Below, one piece after another: positions 27,201 to 37,268 of a stretch of DNA of 64,000 nucleotides. This DNA comes from Escherichia phage vB_EcoM_FT: sequence record MT682710.1. One strand, given 5' to 3'. Each line of letters begins with the position of its first letter. Positions within the stretch are counted from its first letter, which is position 1. The notes under the pieces are model-generated. The model was not told the origin of the DNA, did not search any database, and was given only the letters and a program-made list of their open reading frames with translations. The position numbers were made by a program, and so were the translations under genes.

Positions 27201-28295
27201 ATGGCAATTGTTAAAGAAATAACTGCTGATTTAATTAAAAAGTCCGGTGAGAAAATTTCAGCCGGACAGAGTACTAAATCAGAAGTAGGAACTAAAACAT
27301 ACACAGCCCAGTTTCCAACTGGGCGTGCTAGTGGTAATGACACTACAGGGGACTTCCAGGTAACAGATCTATATAAGAATGGATTATTATTTACTGCATA
27401 CAATATGTCATCTAGGGATTCTGGAAGTCTTAGAACGATGAGATCTAACTACTCTTCTTCATCTTCGAGTATTTTACGTACAGCCAGAAACACTATCAGT
27501 AATACAGTATCAAAACTATCAAATGGACTAATATCAGATAATAATTCAGGAACAATAAGTAAAGTTCCTGTTGCAAATATTCTTTTACCTAGATCTAAAT
27601 CTGACGTCGATACGTCATCACATAGATTTAATGATGTTCAAGATAGTCTTATTACAAAAGGTGGAGGTACTGCTACTGGTGTGCTAAGCAATATGGCTTC
27701 AACCGCAGTATTTGGAGCGCTGGAAAGTATAACACAAGGTATAATGGCTGATAATAATGAACAGATTTATACGACAGCCAGAAGCATGTACGGCGGTGCT
27801 GAAAATAGAACTAAAGTGTTCACTTGGGATTTGACTCCGCGCTCAACAGAAGATTTAATGGCTATTATTAATATCTATCAGTATTTTAACTATTTTTCTT
27901 ACGGTGAAACTGGTAAATCTCAATATGCTGCTGAAATAAAAGGATATTTAGATGAGTGGTACCGTTCTACTTTTATTGAGCCGTTAACTCCAGAAGATGC
28001 AGTTAAAAATAAGACGTTATTTGAGAAAATGACATCGAGTTTAACTAACGTTCTTGTAGTTTCAAACCCGACAATTTGGATGGTGAAAAACTTTGGTGCA
28101 ACATCTAAGTTTGATGGAAAAACGGAAATATTCGGTCCATGCCAAATCCAGAGTATCAGATTTGATAAAACACCTAATGGTAACTTTAACGGATTAGCTA
28201 TTGCTCCAAATCTCCCTAGTACATTTACTCTCGAGATTACTATGAGAGAAATTATCACGTTAAACCGTGCTTCTTTATATGCGGGGACTTTTTAA
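27201..28295 (+). CDS. 48: baseplate tail-tube cap gp48
   Basis: 364 aa; synteny. Confidence 0.92.
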   Translation: MAIVKEITADLIKKSGEKISAGQSTKSEVGTKTYTAQFPTGRASGNDTTGDFQVTDLYKNGLLFTAYNMSSRDSGSLRTMRSNYSSSSSSILRTARNTISNTVSKLSNGLISDNNSGTISKVPVANILLPRSKSDVDTSSHRFNDVQDSLITKGGGTATGVLSNMASTAVFGALESITQGIMADNNEQIYTTARSMYGGAENRTKVFTWDLTPRSTEDLMAIINIYQYFNYFSYGETGKSQYAAEIKGYLDEWYRSTFIEPLTPEDAVKNKTLFEKMTSSLTNVLVVSNPTIWMVKNFGATSKFDGKTEIFGPCQIQSIRFDKTPNGNFNGLAIAPNLPSTFTLEITMREIITLNRASLYAGTF

Positions 28296-29260
28296 TGTAT
28301 TCTTTAGAGGAATTTAATAATCAAGCAATAAACGCAGATTTCCAACGTAATAATATGTTCAGCTGTGTTTTTGCTACAACTCCATCAACGAAGAGCTCTT
28401 CGTTGATAAGTTCAATTAGTAACTTTTCTTATAATAACTTGGGCCTAAATTCAGATTGGTTAGGATTAACTCAAGGCGATATTAATCAGGGAATTACTAC
28501 GCTAATTACAGCTGGCACACAAAAACTGATAAGAAAATCAGGGGTTAGTAAATATCTTATTGGTGCCATGAGTCAACGTACAGTTCAAAGTTTATTAGGC
28601 TCATTTACAGTTGGTACATATTTAATTGACTTCTTTAACATGGCATATAACTCATCTGGATTGATGATATACTCTGTAAAAATGCCAGAGAATAGATTAT
28701 CCTATGAAACTGACTGGAACTATAATTCTCCTAATATTCGTATAACTGGGAGAGAATTAGACCCTTTGGTTATTTCATTCAGAATGGATTCAGAAGCTTG
28801 TAACTATCGTGCAATGCAAGACTGGGTTAACGCTGTTCAAGACCCAGTAACTGGATTGCGTGCTTTGCCGCAAGATGTCGAGGCAGATATTCAGGTTAAT
28901 CTTCATTCTCGCAATGGATTACCACATACTGCGGTGATGTTCACTGGATGCATTCCAGTGTCCGTAAGCGCTCCTGAGTTATCATATGATGGAGATAACC
29001 AAATAACTACATTTGATGTTACTTTTGCGTATAGAGTGATGCAGGCTGGAGCAGTTGATAGACAAGCTGCCATTGAATGGCTTGAATCTGCTACTATAAA
29101 TGGTATTCAAAGCGTTCTCGGAAATAGTGGAGGTGTTACTGGACTATCTAATTCGCTTTCACGACTTAGTAGATTAGGGGGAACTGCAGGAAGCATTTCA
29201 AATATTAATACTATGACAGGAATTGTCAATTCGCAAAGTAAAATATTAGGAGCAATATAA
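28295..29260 (+). CDS. 54: baseplate tail-tube initiator gp54
   Basis: 321 aa; synteny; terminator hairpin downstream. Confidence 0.92.
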   Translation: MYSLEEFNNQAINADFQRNNMFSCVFATTPSTKSSSLISSISNFSYNNLGLNSDWLGLTQGDINQGITTLITAGTQKLIRKSGVSKYLIGAMSQRTVQSLLGSFTVGTYLIDFFNMAYNSSGLMIYSVKMPENRLSYETDWNYNSPNIRITGRELDPLVISFRMDSEACNYRAMQDWVNAVQDPVTGLRALPQDVEADIQVNLHSRNGLPHTAVMFTGCIPVSVSAPELSYDGDNQITTFDVTFAYRVMQAGAVDRQAAIEWLESATINGIQSVLGNSGGVTGLSNSLSRLSRLGGTAGSISNINTMTGIVNSQSKILGAI

Positions 29261-29264
29261 CAAT

Positions 29265-29293
29265 GGGGACCGAAAGGTCCCCATATTTTATTT
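29265..29293 (+). terminator. terminator after gene 54 (convergent junction)
   Basis: GGGGACC-GAAA-GGUCCCC followed by AUAUUUUAUUU. Confidence 0.7.
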
Positions 29294-29578
29294 ACGGAAT
29301 GAAATAAAAGCAGCAACTGAAGCAACAGAGGTTTCTTCAATATAAACCTCAATTTTTACCGGAGCTTCTGACTCAAATTTACCTGTTACTACACCTTGGA
29401 AAATACTTTCAGTCTGTTCTGGCTTTGAAAAATTTTCAGAAGGAAAAATTCCGAACTTTTTATCGGTTCCGAAAATTTTAATAAATTCATCATAAACTGC
29501 TTCATTGAAAGCGTTATCAGCAGGAATAACGCCTTCAACTACAAGTTCTTGACCTAAAAAGCGTAAAGAAGATTTCAT
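29288..29578 (-). CDS. hypothetical 11-kDa protein downstream of alt
   Basis: 96-aa ORF with GAGG RBS; own early promoter upstream. Confidence 0.65.
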   Translation of the reverse strand: MKSSLRFLGQELVVEGVIPADNAFNEAVYDEFIKIFGTDKKFGIFPSENFSKPEQTESIFQGVVTGKFESEAPVKIEVYIEETSVASVAAFISFRK

Positions 29579-29586
29579 TTTGTGTT

Positions 29587-29639
29587 CCTCATGTTATGTC
29601 AGTAAGATTACTATAACACAACACGAGGGACTTGTAAAC
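29587..29639 (-). repeat. 53-bp early-promoter repeat, copy 1
   Basis: 51 of 53 nt identical to 45401-45453. Confidence 0.85.
29610..29639 (-). promoter_or_regulatory. early (sigma70-type) promoter: GTTTAC -35, 18-nt spacer, TATAGT -10
   Basis: Minus strand GTTTACAAGTCCCTCGTGTTGTGTTATAGT; part of a 53-bp repeat. Confidence 0.65.
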
Positions 29640-31696
29640 TACATTTTGAACTTTTTAGACATTCCGTTGATGTTAACCAAAGAAGCTAAGATTTGAGAAA
29701 CTTCGCTTTCCTCTTCTTTTGATTCTTCTACAAGGAATTGATTAAATCCAGCCATTGGACGAACTTCACCAGTTTCCATTAGATGGTCGCCATCATATAC
29801 TGATTCTTCTAATTGTTCAGAAGGAGGAACGATTGTACCTTCGATTAGATACTTGTTATAAGCAGTTTCTTTCATAAAGTAAGTACTTACTTTATTAATC
29901 TTCAGTAAAATTCCACGTGGTAGAATAACTTCAGCTTCTGATGGAAATCCTGACAAATGACCTGGAACGATAACTTTAACTCGTTCAGCTCCTTTAATTA
30001 CCATACCCACGCTAGTTTCAGCATCTTCATTAGCATATGTAGAATGACTACCCATATGCATCAAATCTTCTGCATCAACGGAACCTTCTCCTTCACCAGA
30101 AAATACTGCACCGGAATCATCTAGAGCCATATAGTTTTTACCATACTCACCAAAGATATTTGGTTTAAGTGATGTCGATACGAAGTTCTTGAAATAGAAC
30201 ATTTTGTTTTCAATGTTATGACGCAAAGTTTTAAATGTAACTTCTTGTCCACGGTAAAGTGTAGTTCCTGGAGGAAGAACTGAACCTTTAGCGAATGCAG
30301 AATCAAGCGTCTCGATGTGCTTAATAGCACGTTCCATATATTCTTCACGGGTAGAATCCGGTTTACCTAAAAGGAACGAGTTCATTTCAACATATGAATC
30401 TGCGCAATAATCTTCAATTACATCAGATTCAGCCTGAGTCAGCCCTTTTGGAGTTACTTCAGTACTTGCATATTCATATGCCTGGGCAGCAGATTCATTA
30501 ATCAATTTATAAATGCCATTCATGACAAATTGAATAATAGCTGTCTTTTCATCTGGCGTAGCTTTAGAACCTTTAACTAAATCATTGATAATTTTCTTAA
30601 TAACATCAAAGCTATTAGAAATATTAATGTCAGCAAGATCGCTTAAAATTTTATCAGTTTTATAATCAAAGAATTCTTTATTCTTTAAATATTCTTGAGA
30701 ACCTTGATGTGTTATATCGCTCTGCAACTTGATAGACGGATCACGTAAACGTGCATGGGCTAATGCAATATGATTTCGGAAACTTTCTAGTTCATAATCG
30801 TTAGATTTAAAACGAGAAGCACTTCTCATACCACCGATAGCTCCTTTGCTAAAGTTTGAACCAATCTGAATAACGCCAGAGTTCATTGGTCCTTCTGCTT
30901 TATATACCGGAACTTTAGATTCAAACTCTTGATATTTCTTAGCAGCGAAGCTATCACCCTGAAGTGAAGCATCAACAGTCGAATATTGAGCTTGTGCTGC
31001 TAATCGACGACTAATTTTAGTTTTCTGAATAACAGCTTGATCCGTGCGCTTATCATTTTCTAAAGCAATAGAAGCAGCAACAGCAACAGCTTTAGGAACA
31101 GCATTACCTGTTTTAACGTCTACATAAACATCACCAACCTTTGATTCAACTTTTGTGAATAACTCAGTTGAAATAGGAGGTACACCTGGAATGTCTTCTA
31201 ATTTGGCATTTTTACGGTAAACCATAATATATGCGTACTTTTTATCATAATCCCAGATTTCCTTTAAAAGAACATATCGACCTGCTCCTTTAGTACGTAC
31301 TAAACGGTCAGCAATAACTTGAATTTGTCGAGCAGCGCCATTTGTTTTACTTTTTAGTACGCGGAATAGGCATGCATCAATTTTATACTGTTTCATTGTT
31401 TGAAGAGCAGTATCAAAAACAGCATTAATGACGCCAATTGGATTTCCACCCAAGTTTCTAAGCTTGACTAACGATAATTTCTCGTTGACCCCTATCATTA
31501 CGATATGCATCATTTTGTCGCCTGGCTTAACGTTTTTATTTGTATCACCACCAGAGGTGTATGTACAAAATCTAAATCCAGGAAGCACACTTTCTTCGCC
31601 TGCTTGAATAGCAAAAATTTGTGGTATTTTATGCTTAGGATTTAAGTTAACAACCGGCGCCGAAGCGCCGTCAAATAATTCTGTAATAAGTTCCAT
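29639..31696 (-). CDS. Alt-like ADP-ribosyltransferase paralog (685 aa)
   Basis: N-terminal MELITELFD... head-targeting region; C-terminal ART triad R (LYRGQ) / STS (FVSTSL) / ExE (SEAEVILPRG); 3 nt from upstream alt. Confidence 0.85.
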   Translation of the reverse strand: MELITELFDGASAPVVNLNPKHKIPQIFAIQAGEESVLPGFRFCTYTSGGDTNKNVKPGDKMMHIVMIGVNEKLSLVKLRNLGGNPIGVINAVFDTALQTMKQYKIDACLFRVLKSKTNGAARQIQVIADRLVRTKGAGRYVLLKEIWDYDKKYAYIMVYRKNAKLEDIPGVPPISTELFTKVESKVGDVYVDVKTGNAVPKAVAVAASIALENDKRTDQAVIQKTKISRRLAAQAQYSTVDASLQGDSFAAKKYQEFESKVPVYKAEGPMNSGVIQIGSNFSKGAIGGMRSASRFKSNDYELESFRNHIALAHARLRDPSIKLQSDITHQGSQEYLKNKEFFDYKTDKILSDLADINISNSFDVIKKIINDLVKGSKATPDEKTAIIQFVMNGIYKLINESAAQAYEYASTEVTPKGLTQAESDVIEDYCADSYVEMNSFLLGKPDSTREEYMERAIKHIETLDSAFAKGSVLPPGTTLYRGQEVTFKTLRHNIENKMFYFKNFVSTSLKPNIFGEYGKNYMALDDSGAVFSGEGEGSVDAEDLMHMGSHSTYANEDAETSVGMVIKGAERVKVIVPGHLSGFPSEAEVILPRGILLKINKVSTYFMKETAYNKYLIEGTIVPPSEQLEESVYDGDHLMETGEVRPMAGFNQFLVEESKEEESEVSQILASLVNINGMSKKFKM

Positions 31697-31699
31697 GAT

Positions 31700-33793
31700 T
31701 TATCCTTGAACGAACTTGTAAGGCATGTTTGTAATATCTATGCAAGACGCAATAATTCCAAGAGATGATTCTACTTTCTGTTTAACGTTTGATGAAACAA
31801 ATGATGCAAAGTCAACTCTGTCTTCTATTTCAATATCACCTGTCATTGCAACCAATTCACCAGTTTCCATTAAATGGTCTCCATCATAGATTACCGATTC
31901 GGTGAGCTCTTCCGTGGTCATAACTTCAGCTTGAATGAGTTTTGTATTATTAGATGTTGTTCCGTCATTATTAGAAGCATCAGTTATTTTATTAACTTTG
32001 ACCATCAATCCACGCGGTAGAATAACTTCAGCTTCTGTTGCTATTCCGAGACTTCCTGGATATACAACATTAACTTTATGAGCTCCATCAATTGCCCATC
32101 CTATTTGAACTTTAACGTATTCAGGATTTTCTTTATACGCTCTTATTTCGTTTGGATTAATAGTTATTCCTTCTTCATTTTTATCAACTGTTAATTCATT
32201 GCGAGCTTCTGGTTCTAAAAGACCAATACCAGCATGTGTGATTCCAAAACGTCCAAAAATGATAGGAGTTAAAGAAGTAGATACAAAATTTCTGAAGTAG
32301 AACACTTTATTTTTAACTAACGCTTCATATATAGGAGCAGTCATACTTTGAGCACGATAAACTGTAATGCCTTCTGGTATACGGTCACCATTTTCAAAAG
32401 CTGAATCTAAGTTATTTATAGCAGATTCAATTTCTTTTTCACTCATTACATCATATCGTTCTGGATTGTAACGACCTAAAAGAAGATTATTGATGTCAGT
32501 ATATCCTGAACCACAATATTCTCTAATGCCGCGCTTTTGTGATGGAGTATATTTAGAACCATCACGGGTAATAGTAATATCAATCATTGGACCAGCACCA
32601 ATTCCAGAAAAACTGTAAATCATTCGTTTGAGGAATTTAGTTTTTGCTGCGTTCCAGGAATTTTTAGTTATTTCTTCCCAGACTTCATCTGGTTGTCCTT
32701 TACGATTTTTATTATGATTAGCAAGCCATTTATCTTTATAATCTTCAAAGAATTGATTTACAGCTGCTGCGTATTTCTCTAAACATTTTATTGAAGTAGT
32801 TGGTTCATTTTTAATTGCATTAAAAATTACTTCTTTAATTTTTTCTGAAACTTCACCGACTTGACTCATTGGAAAGAATTTATAATCATAGTGAAGTTCA
32901 TCTGCCGTTCCTTCAGCAATAATTTTTGCTGCCTTTGTTTTAGAAGCTAATGAATTAATTCCAATTTTCATTTCTTCTGCTTCGGGAATTAAAGGTGCAG
33001 TAGCTGGTTTATTAAAATTAGCTGCTGTAGATTCATACTTCTGGAATAATTCACTTTCAAATCTAGAAGATTCCAATGACTGACTTTGTGCAATTGCTCT
33101 ACGGGAAATTTTAACTTTAACGATTACGGCTTGGTCAGAACGTTTATCATTTTCTTGTGCAATAGATGCTGCAATTGCCTCATTTTTAGTTACTTGGGCT
33201 CCAGTATCTTTATTGATATAAACATCGCCGACTTTCGATTCAACTTTAGTAAAGAGTTCAGTGCTAATTTCTGGAACTCCTGGAATGTTTTCTAGTGATA
33301 CATTTTTACGATGTATAAGAATATATGCATACTTTTTATCGTAATCCCAGAGTTCCTTAAGAAGGACGTATCTGCCACCTGAACGACTACGGATAAGTCT
33401 ATCAGCAATAACTTGAATTTGCCGAGCTTGACCAGCGGTTTTAGACTTAAGAATACGAAGCATGCAGGCATCAATTTTATATTGACGCATAGTTTGCATT
33501 GCAACAGTAAAAACTGAATTGATATAATTAATTGGGCTTGGACCAAGACCTTTTAATTTAGCAATTGAACCTTTAGCAGTTAATGTAAAAGGAACAATAT
33601 GCATCATTTTATCGCCCATCTTTAAATCGCGATTAGTATCACCTCCAGATGTATAGGTACATAAACGAAAGCCTGGTTGTTCAATTGCGTCATCGACATG
33701 AACTGAAAAAATTTGTGGTATTTTCTTCTTTGGATTTAAGTTTGTAATCGGAAGAGTAGTATCTTCGTCAAATAATTCTGTAATAAGTTCCAT
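31700..33793 (-). CDS. alt: Alt ADP-ribosyltransferase (internal head protein)
   Basis: 697 aa from second ATG (better RBS spacing); ART triad R (VYRAQ) / STS / ExE (TEAEVILPRG); late promoter upstream. Confidence 0.9.
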   Translation of the reverse strand: MELITELFDEDTTLPITNLNPKKKIPQIFSVHVDDAIEQPGFRLCTYTSGGDTNRDLKMGDKMMHIVPFTLTAKGSIAKLKGLGPSPINYINSVFTVAMQTMRQYKIDACMLRILKSKTAGQARQIQVIADRLIRSRSGGRYVLLKELWDYDKKYAYILIHRKNVSLENIPGVPEISTELFTKVESKVGDVYINKDTGAQVTKNEAIAASIAQENDKRSDQAVIVKVKISRRAIAQSQSLESSRFESELFQKYESTAANFNKPATAPLIPEAEEMKIGINSLASKTKAAKIIAEGTADELHYDYKFFPMSQVGEVSEKIKEVIFNAIKNEPTTSIKCLEKYAAAVNQFFEDYKDKWLANHNKNRKGQPDEVWEEITKNSWNAAKTKFLKRMIYSFSGIGAGPMIDITITRDGSKYTPSQKRGIREYCGSGYTDINNLLLGRYNPERYDVMSEKEIESAINNLDSAFENGDRIPEGITVYRAQSMTAPIYEALVKNKVFYFRNFVSTSLTPIIFGRFGITHAGIGLLEPEARNELTVDKNEEGITINPNEIRAYKENPEYVKVQIGWAIDGAHKVNVVYPGSLGIATEAEVILPRGLMVKVNKITDASNNDGTTSNNTKLIQAEVMTTEELTESVIYDGDHLMETGELVAMTGDIEIEDRVDFASFVSSNVKQKVESSLGIIASCIDITNMPYKFVQG

Positions 33794-33816
33794 CATAGCC
33801 TCTCTAGTGTTTATTC

Positions 33817-33824
33817 TATTTATA
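33817..33824 (-). promoter_or_regulatory. late promoter for alt
   Basis: TATAAATA on minus strand ~20 nt upstream of the alt ATG. Confidence 0.65.
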
Positions 33825-33845
33825 AAATTAAAGGCCCGAAGGCCT

Positions 33846-34034
33846 TTAGTAATCTAGTGGTAAGAGAGTACGATATATTTCAAACTTTGGTCCTTTTTCA
33901 TAGGCATCAAATGTTTCTGTAAATTTATTATAAGCGTATGCATCTACAAATTCGAGAATGACTTGTGATACAGAAGTAGAAACATCTCCACCTTCTTTTT
34001 GAGCAATGACAATTGTTTCTAAGTAAGCTTTCAT
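33846..34034 (-). CDS. hypothetical small protein
   Basis: 62-aa ORF overlapping ligase stop by 4 nt. Confidence 0.5.
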   Translation of the reverse strand: MKAYLETIVIAQKEGGDVSTSVSQVILEFVDAYAYNKFTETFDAYEKGPKFEIYRTLLPLDY

Positions 34035-35494
34035 AAACCAGTTACCTCATGAAAATTACCAAATACATCCTCGAATGTATTAGCTTTAGTTTTATCTTCA
34101 CGCAAACGAATCGCAATCGGAAGAAATAATTTAACGTAATCAGTGCGGCCATCAGATTTTAACCAACCGTTGCATTCGCACTCTAGAATTTTTCCAATAT
34201 AATAATTTTGGTTTTCCATAATGCGAGTACGGTCAAGTTCATGCGATTTTACACCAGCTTTATCTTTTAAGCCTGAACCAGCATTTACTTTAATTTTTCC
34301 ACACTCTGACTCAAGAATAAATCCACCCGCTTTAGTAGGGTCTTTACGGTGAGGATAAATTCCTACAATTTTTAAATCAACATCAATTACTTCTTTAAAT
34401 TTATAAAGATTTTTTGAACGAGCATTTTCCCATAATCCATCGATATTTTTGAGAATAATACCTTCAAAACCTTGGTCAATATACTTTTTGTAAATTACCT
34501 TAGCTTCATCTAGGTTATTTACTACTTGGTTTTCAATTAAAATTACTTTATCATAGCCTGATGTCATTTGTTCTAGTTTAGAAAAACGTACATCATATTT
34601 TAAACGAAATGCTGGAAGACCATATATTTCTACTAATGGAACATAATCCCAGACCTGAAACTTCATGCATTGTGCTTCTTTTTCAGAAATGGTTCCCTTT
34701 AAAGATTTATTGGCGATGCCATTAGATGCAGTACGTGATTCAGCTACTTCGGCGAATTCTTTAGCTTTACTAATTTCGGGATAAGCATCAAAAAGAAAAT
34801 CTAGGCCTTCTGGTTCCTTTTCAACTTGCTCATGGTATACCAATTCGCCATCAATTAACACACCTTCTGGATGAATCTGGCGGGCTTCAGCAGTCATTTT
34901 GATTAACTCTTCCTTAAGAAGATCTAATCCTAGATATTCATTGCCAGCTCGTGATAAAAGACGAACATCATCTAATTCATCACCTCTGACTTCGGCAAAG
35001 CACCGAGCTCCATCAGCTTTTAACTGGGCAAAAGCTGGAAATTTGATATTCTTATTAATGCCTTTTTCATCATAAGAACTTGCCAGCATTTGAGGTTGTT
35101 CAGGAATTAAACCTGGCCAAACTTTGTTTGCAATAGATACTGATGCACCGCATTCAAGGTCTCGCATCATCACCCGACGCAAAACTTCAACATCATCTTT
35201 TTTACCGTCAGTAATATATCCAGTTAATTCCTCAATTGCCGCATTTCCGGTCAATTTCCGAGTAGCTAACGTGAATTCAATGAAGTCAAGCATATCGGTA
35301 AGAGTCAACATTCCAAAACTCTGTGTAGCAATACCCGGTTTAGGCCATTTCTTGATATAATACTGTAACCCACGAGAATAAGTCAGACGATATACTCGTT
35401 TAAGCAATTCATTATCTTTATTCTTTTCAAGAATTGCTTGCTTCTGCTTAGTTGAACCAATAGATGCTATTTCGTTCAGAATTTTAAGAATCAT
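34031..35494 (-). CDS. 30: ATP-dependent DNA ligase gp30
   Basis: 487 aa; KADGAR adenylation motif; T4 ligase length. Confidence 0.95.
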   Translation of the reverse strand: MILKILNEIASIGSTKQKQAILEKNKDNELLKRVYRLTYSRGLQYYIKKWPKPGIATQSFGMLTLTDMLDFIEFTLATRKLTGNAAIEELTGYITDGKKDDVEVLRRVMMRDLECGASVSIANKVWPGLIPEQPQMLASSYDEKGINKNIKFPAFAQLKADGARCFAEVRGDELDDVRLLSRAGNEYLGLDLLKEELIKMTAEARQIHPEGVLIDGELVYHEQVEKEPEGLDFLFDAYPEISKAKEFAEVAESRTASNGIANKSLKGTISEKEAQCMKFQVWDYVPLVEIYGLPAFRLKYDVRFSKLEQMTSGYDKVILIENQVVNNLDEAKVIYKKYIDQGFEGIILKNIDGLWENARSKNLYKFKEVIDVDLKIVGIYPHRKDPTKAGGFILESECGKIKVNAGSGLKDKAGVKSHELDRTRIMENQNYYIGKILECECNGWLKSDGRTDYVKLFLPIAIRLREDKTKANTFEDVFGNFHEVTGL

Positions 35495-35760
35495 TGTTCA
35501 TCCTTTAGAGTTTGGTTTACAGCTCTATTATAAATCAATTCATCATTAAGCTCAGTCAAAGACCTGTGGTACGTGGTTCTAACTTTATTTCCTTGCATCC
35601 AGTGCTTGACGTAAATGAAACCTTGCTCTACACATTTTTTAAAAATTCGTTCGTCTTTTTGAGCTCGGAATTCTGGATTGCATCTAAAAAATTGATTTAC
35701 GTGACCGTAATCACGTGTAGTATTACCTTCATTTTCATAAATAGTGTGAACAACAAACAT
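35491..35760 (-). CDS. hypothetical protein (30.1-like)
   Basis: 89-aa ORF in overlapping operon. Confidence 0.6.
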   Translation of the reverse strand: MFVVHTIYENEGNTTRDYGHVNQFFRCNPEFRAQKDERIFKKCVEQGFIYVKHWMQGNKVRTTYHRSLTELNDELIYNRAVNQTLKDEQ

Positions 35761-36614
35761 TAGAATGCTCCTTGGAAAATATTATCACCACTACCACTAG
35801 TAAGTCTATTAAAATACCCTGCATCGCCAGGCTTAATATAACTCCACGTATGGAATGGATGCATCTGATGTGAGTGTGTATAATATGGATGATATGGATT
35901 ATAAGGATTTAATCCAGGAGTTCTCCAGGTAGTATTCCAACGAAAAGAATCGTTTTTGATCATCTTCTCAATTACATCTTTTATAACTTTTTCACTATCA
36001 AAACTTTCTTTATTTTCCTTCGATGGAAAAAGCTTATTCTCTACATCATTCCATGTATAAACTCGCTGTGCAGTTTTTGGAATACTGTCACGCTCTCCTC
36101 GAGCCATCCAATAAACTGGAACATTTAATATTTCACTCGCATGATCGCAATGGTGAGCGAGATCGTCAATATAACAAATTACGTTATATTTCTCTTTTGC
36201 CTTTTTGAACAACTCTTCTTTTGAAGAATCATGGCCACACATCAATACTTCTGAGAAGGCACCAGGAAAAAGAGCATTCAAATTAAATTGACGATTCAGC
36301 AGAGCGTCAATAGAATCACCCAATGCTGTAACAGCTACAAAATTATAATCTTCTTTTAATTTATTAATTACACACAGGGCATCTTTATATGGAGACAAGT
36401 AACGAATAAAATCTGAACGATTATATTTTTCAATTAACTTGACACCAAGTTCTTCATCGCAATTAAAGAGCTTACCAGGAGAAATAAATTTTTCATCTTG
36501 GATCATTTTTAAAATATGTTCCAACGGAAGATTATATTTTTGGGCAAAATAAGGAAGGCCGGATTGCCAGCTTAAACACACCCCGTCAATATCAGTCAAA
36601 ATAGTAGGCTTCAT
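35760..36614 (-). CDS. HAD-superfamily hydrolase-like protein (30.2-like)
   Basis: 284 aa; N-terminal LTDIDGV (DxDG motif I), downstream VAVTALGDS and YIDD motifs. Confidence 0.6.
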   Translation of the reverse strand: MKPTILTDIDGVCLSWQSGLPYFAQKYNLPLEHILKMIQDEKFISPGKLFNCDEELGVKLIEKYNRSDFIRYLSPYKDALCVINKLKEDYNFVAVTALGDSIDALLNRQFNLNALFPGAFSEVLMCGHDSSKEELFKKAKEKYNVICYIDDLAHHCDHASEILNVPVYWMARGERDSIPKTAQRVYTWNDVENKLFPSKENKESFDSEKVIKDVIEKMIKNDSFRWNTTWRTPGLNPYNPYHPYYTHSHQMHPFHTWSYIKPGDAGYFNRLTSGSGDNIFQGAF

Positions 36615-37075
36615 AGAGAGTCTCTTAATAGGTTTAACACATCAATAAATTCAGCTTCGGTTAGTATTGTATCATCTTTTGTTAGACCACTAGCCATGCT
36701 GTGCTTCAAAACTTTTCCTTTTGAGGCTTGTAAGGCATCACGAAACCCCTTGTTTTGAATCGCTGCTTCAAAATATGCATTTGTATACAACTCTTTCCAC
36801 GCTGGGGAGTATCTTGAAAATGGAACTCCCAGCCAGAAGAGGGTCCCACGGTCCTGAGCTCTAGCATAAGACCTTCCAGCTTGTTGGGCGGCAATCCCGG
36901 ATAACCCAAATATACGACGTTGTTGTTCAGCATTTTTCACCTTGCATCCTTGGAGGAATCCTTCAAGACCTCCGAATTGAATACCATCCATGACGAAAGG
37001 CCATTGGGCGAAATTACTTAATGCACACGATGGCCATCTAAAATTGCTTCTAATCTCTAACTCAGACATTTTCAA
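36611..37075 (-). CDS. NADAR/YbiA-like (DUF1768) domain protein (30.3-like)
   Basis: 154 aa; LSNFAQWPFxxDGxxFxxxEGFLQGCK resembles the YbiA motif FSNFAAWPxxVDG...EHYFQAQK. Confidence 0.55.
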   Translation of the reverse strand: MKMSELEIRSNFRWPSCALSNFAQWPFVMDGIQFGGLEGFLQGCKVKNAEQQRRIFGLSGIAAQQAGRSYARAQDRGTLFWLGVPFSRYSPAWKELYTNAYFEAAIQNKGFRDALQASKGKVLKHSMASGLTKDDTILTEAEFIDVLNLLRDSL

Positions 37076-37268
37076 TACTTATAATTTCAACATCAGCCCA
37101 ATGACCATAGCAAGGAAGACGAAATTCAACTGGCCAGTTAGGGTCCTTTTCTAATATAATAGACTTAACTTGTGGTTCTTCATGTTCATCAGTATATGGA
37201 TTTTTATCTGTTACTTTATATGTGACCTTAATGTACTGAATTCCAAAAATCTTATTAATTATATTCAT
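37062..37268 (-). CDS. hypothetical small protein
   Basis: 68-aa ORF, overlapping operon. Confidence 0.5.
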   Translation of the reverse strand: MNIINKIFGIQYIKVTYKVTDKNPYTDEHEEPQVKSIILEKDPNWPVEFRLPCYGHWADVEIISIENV

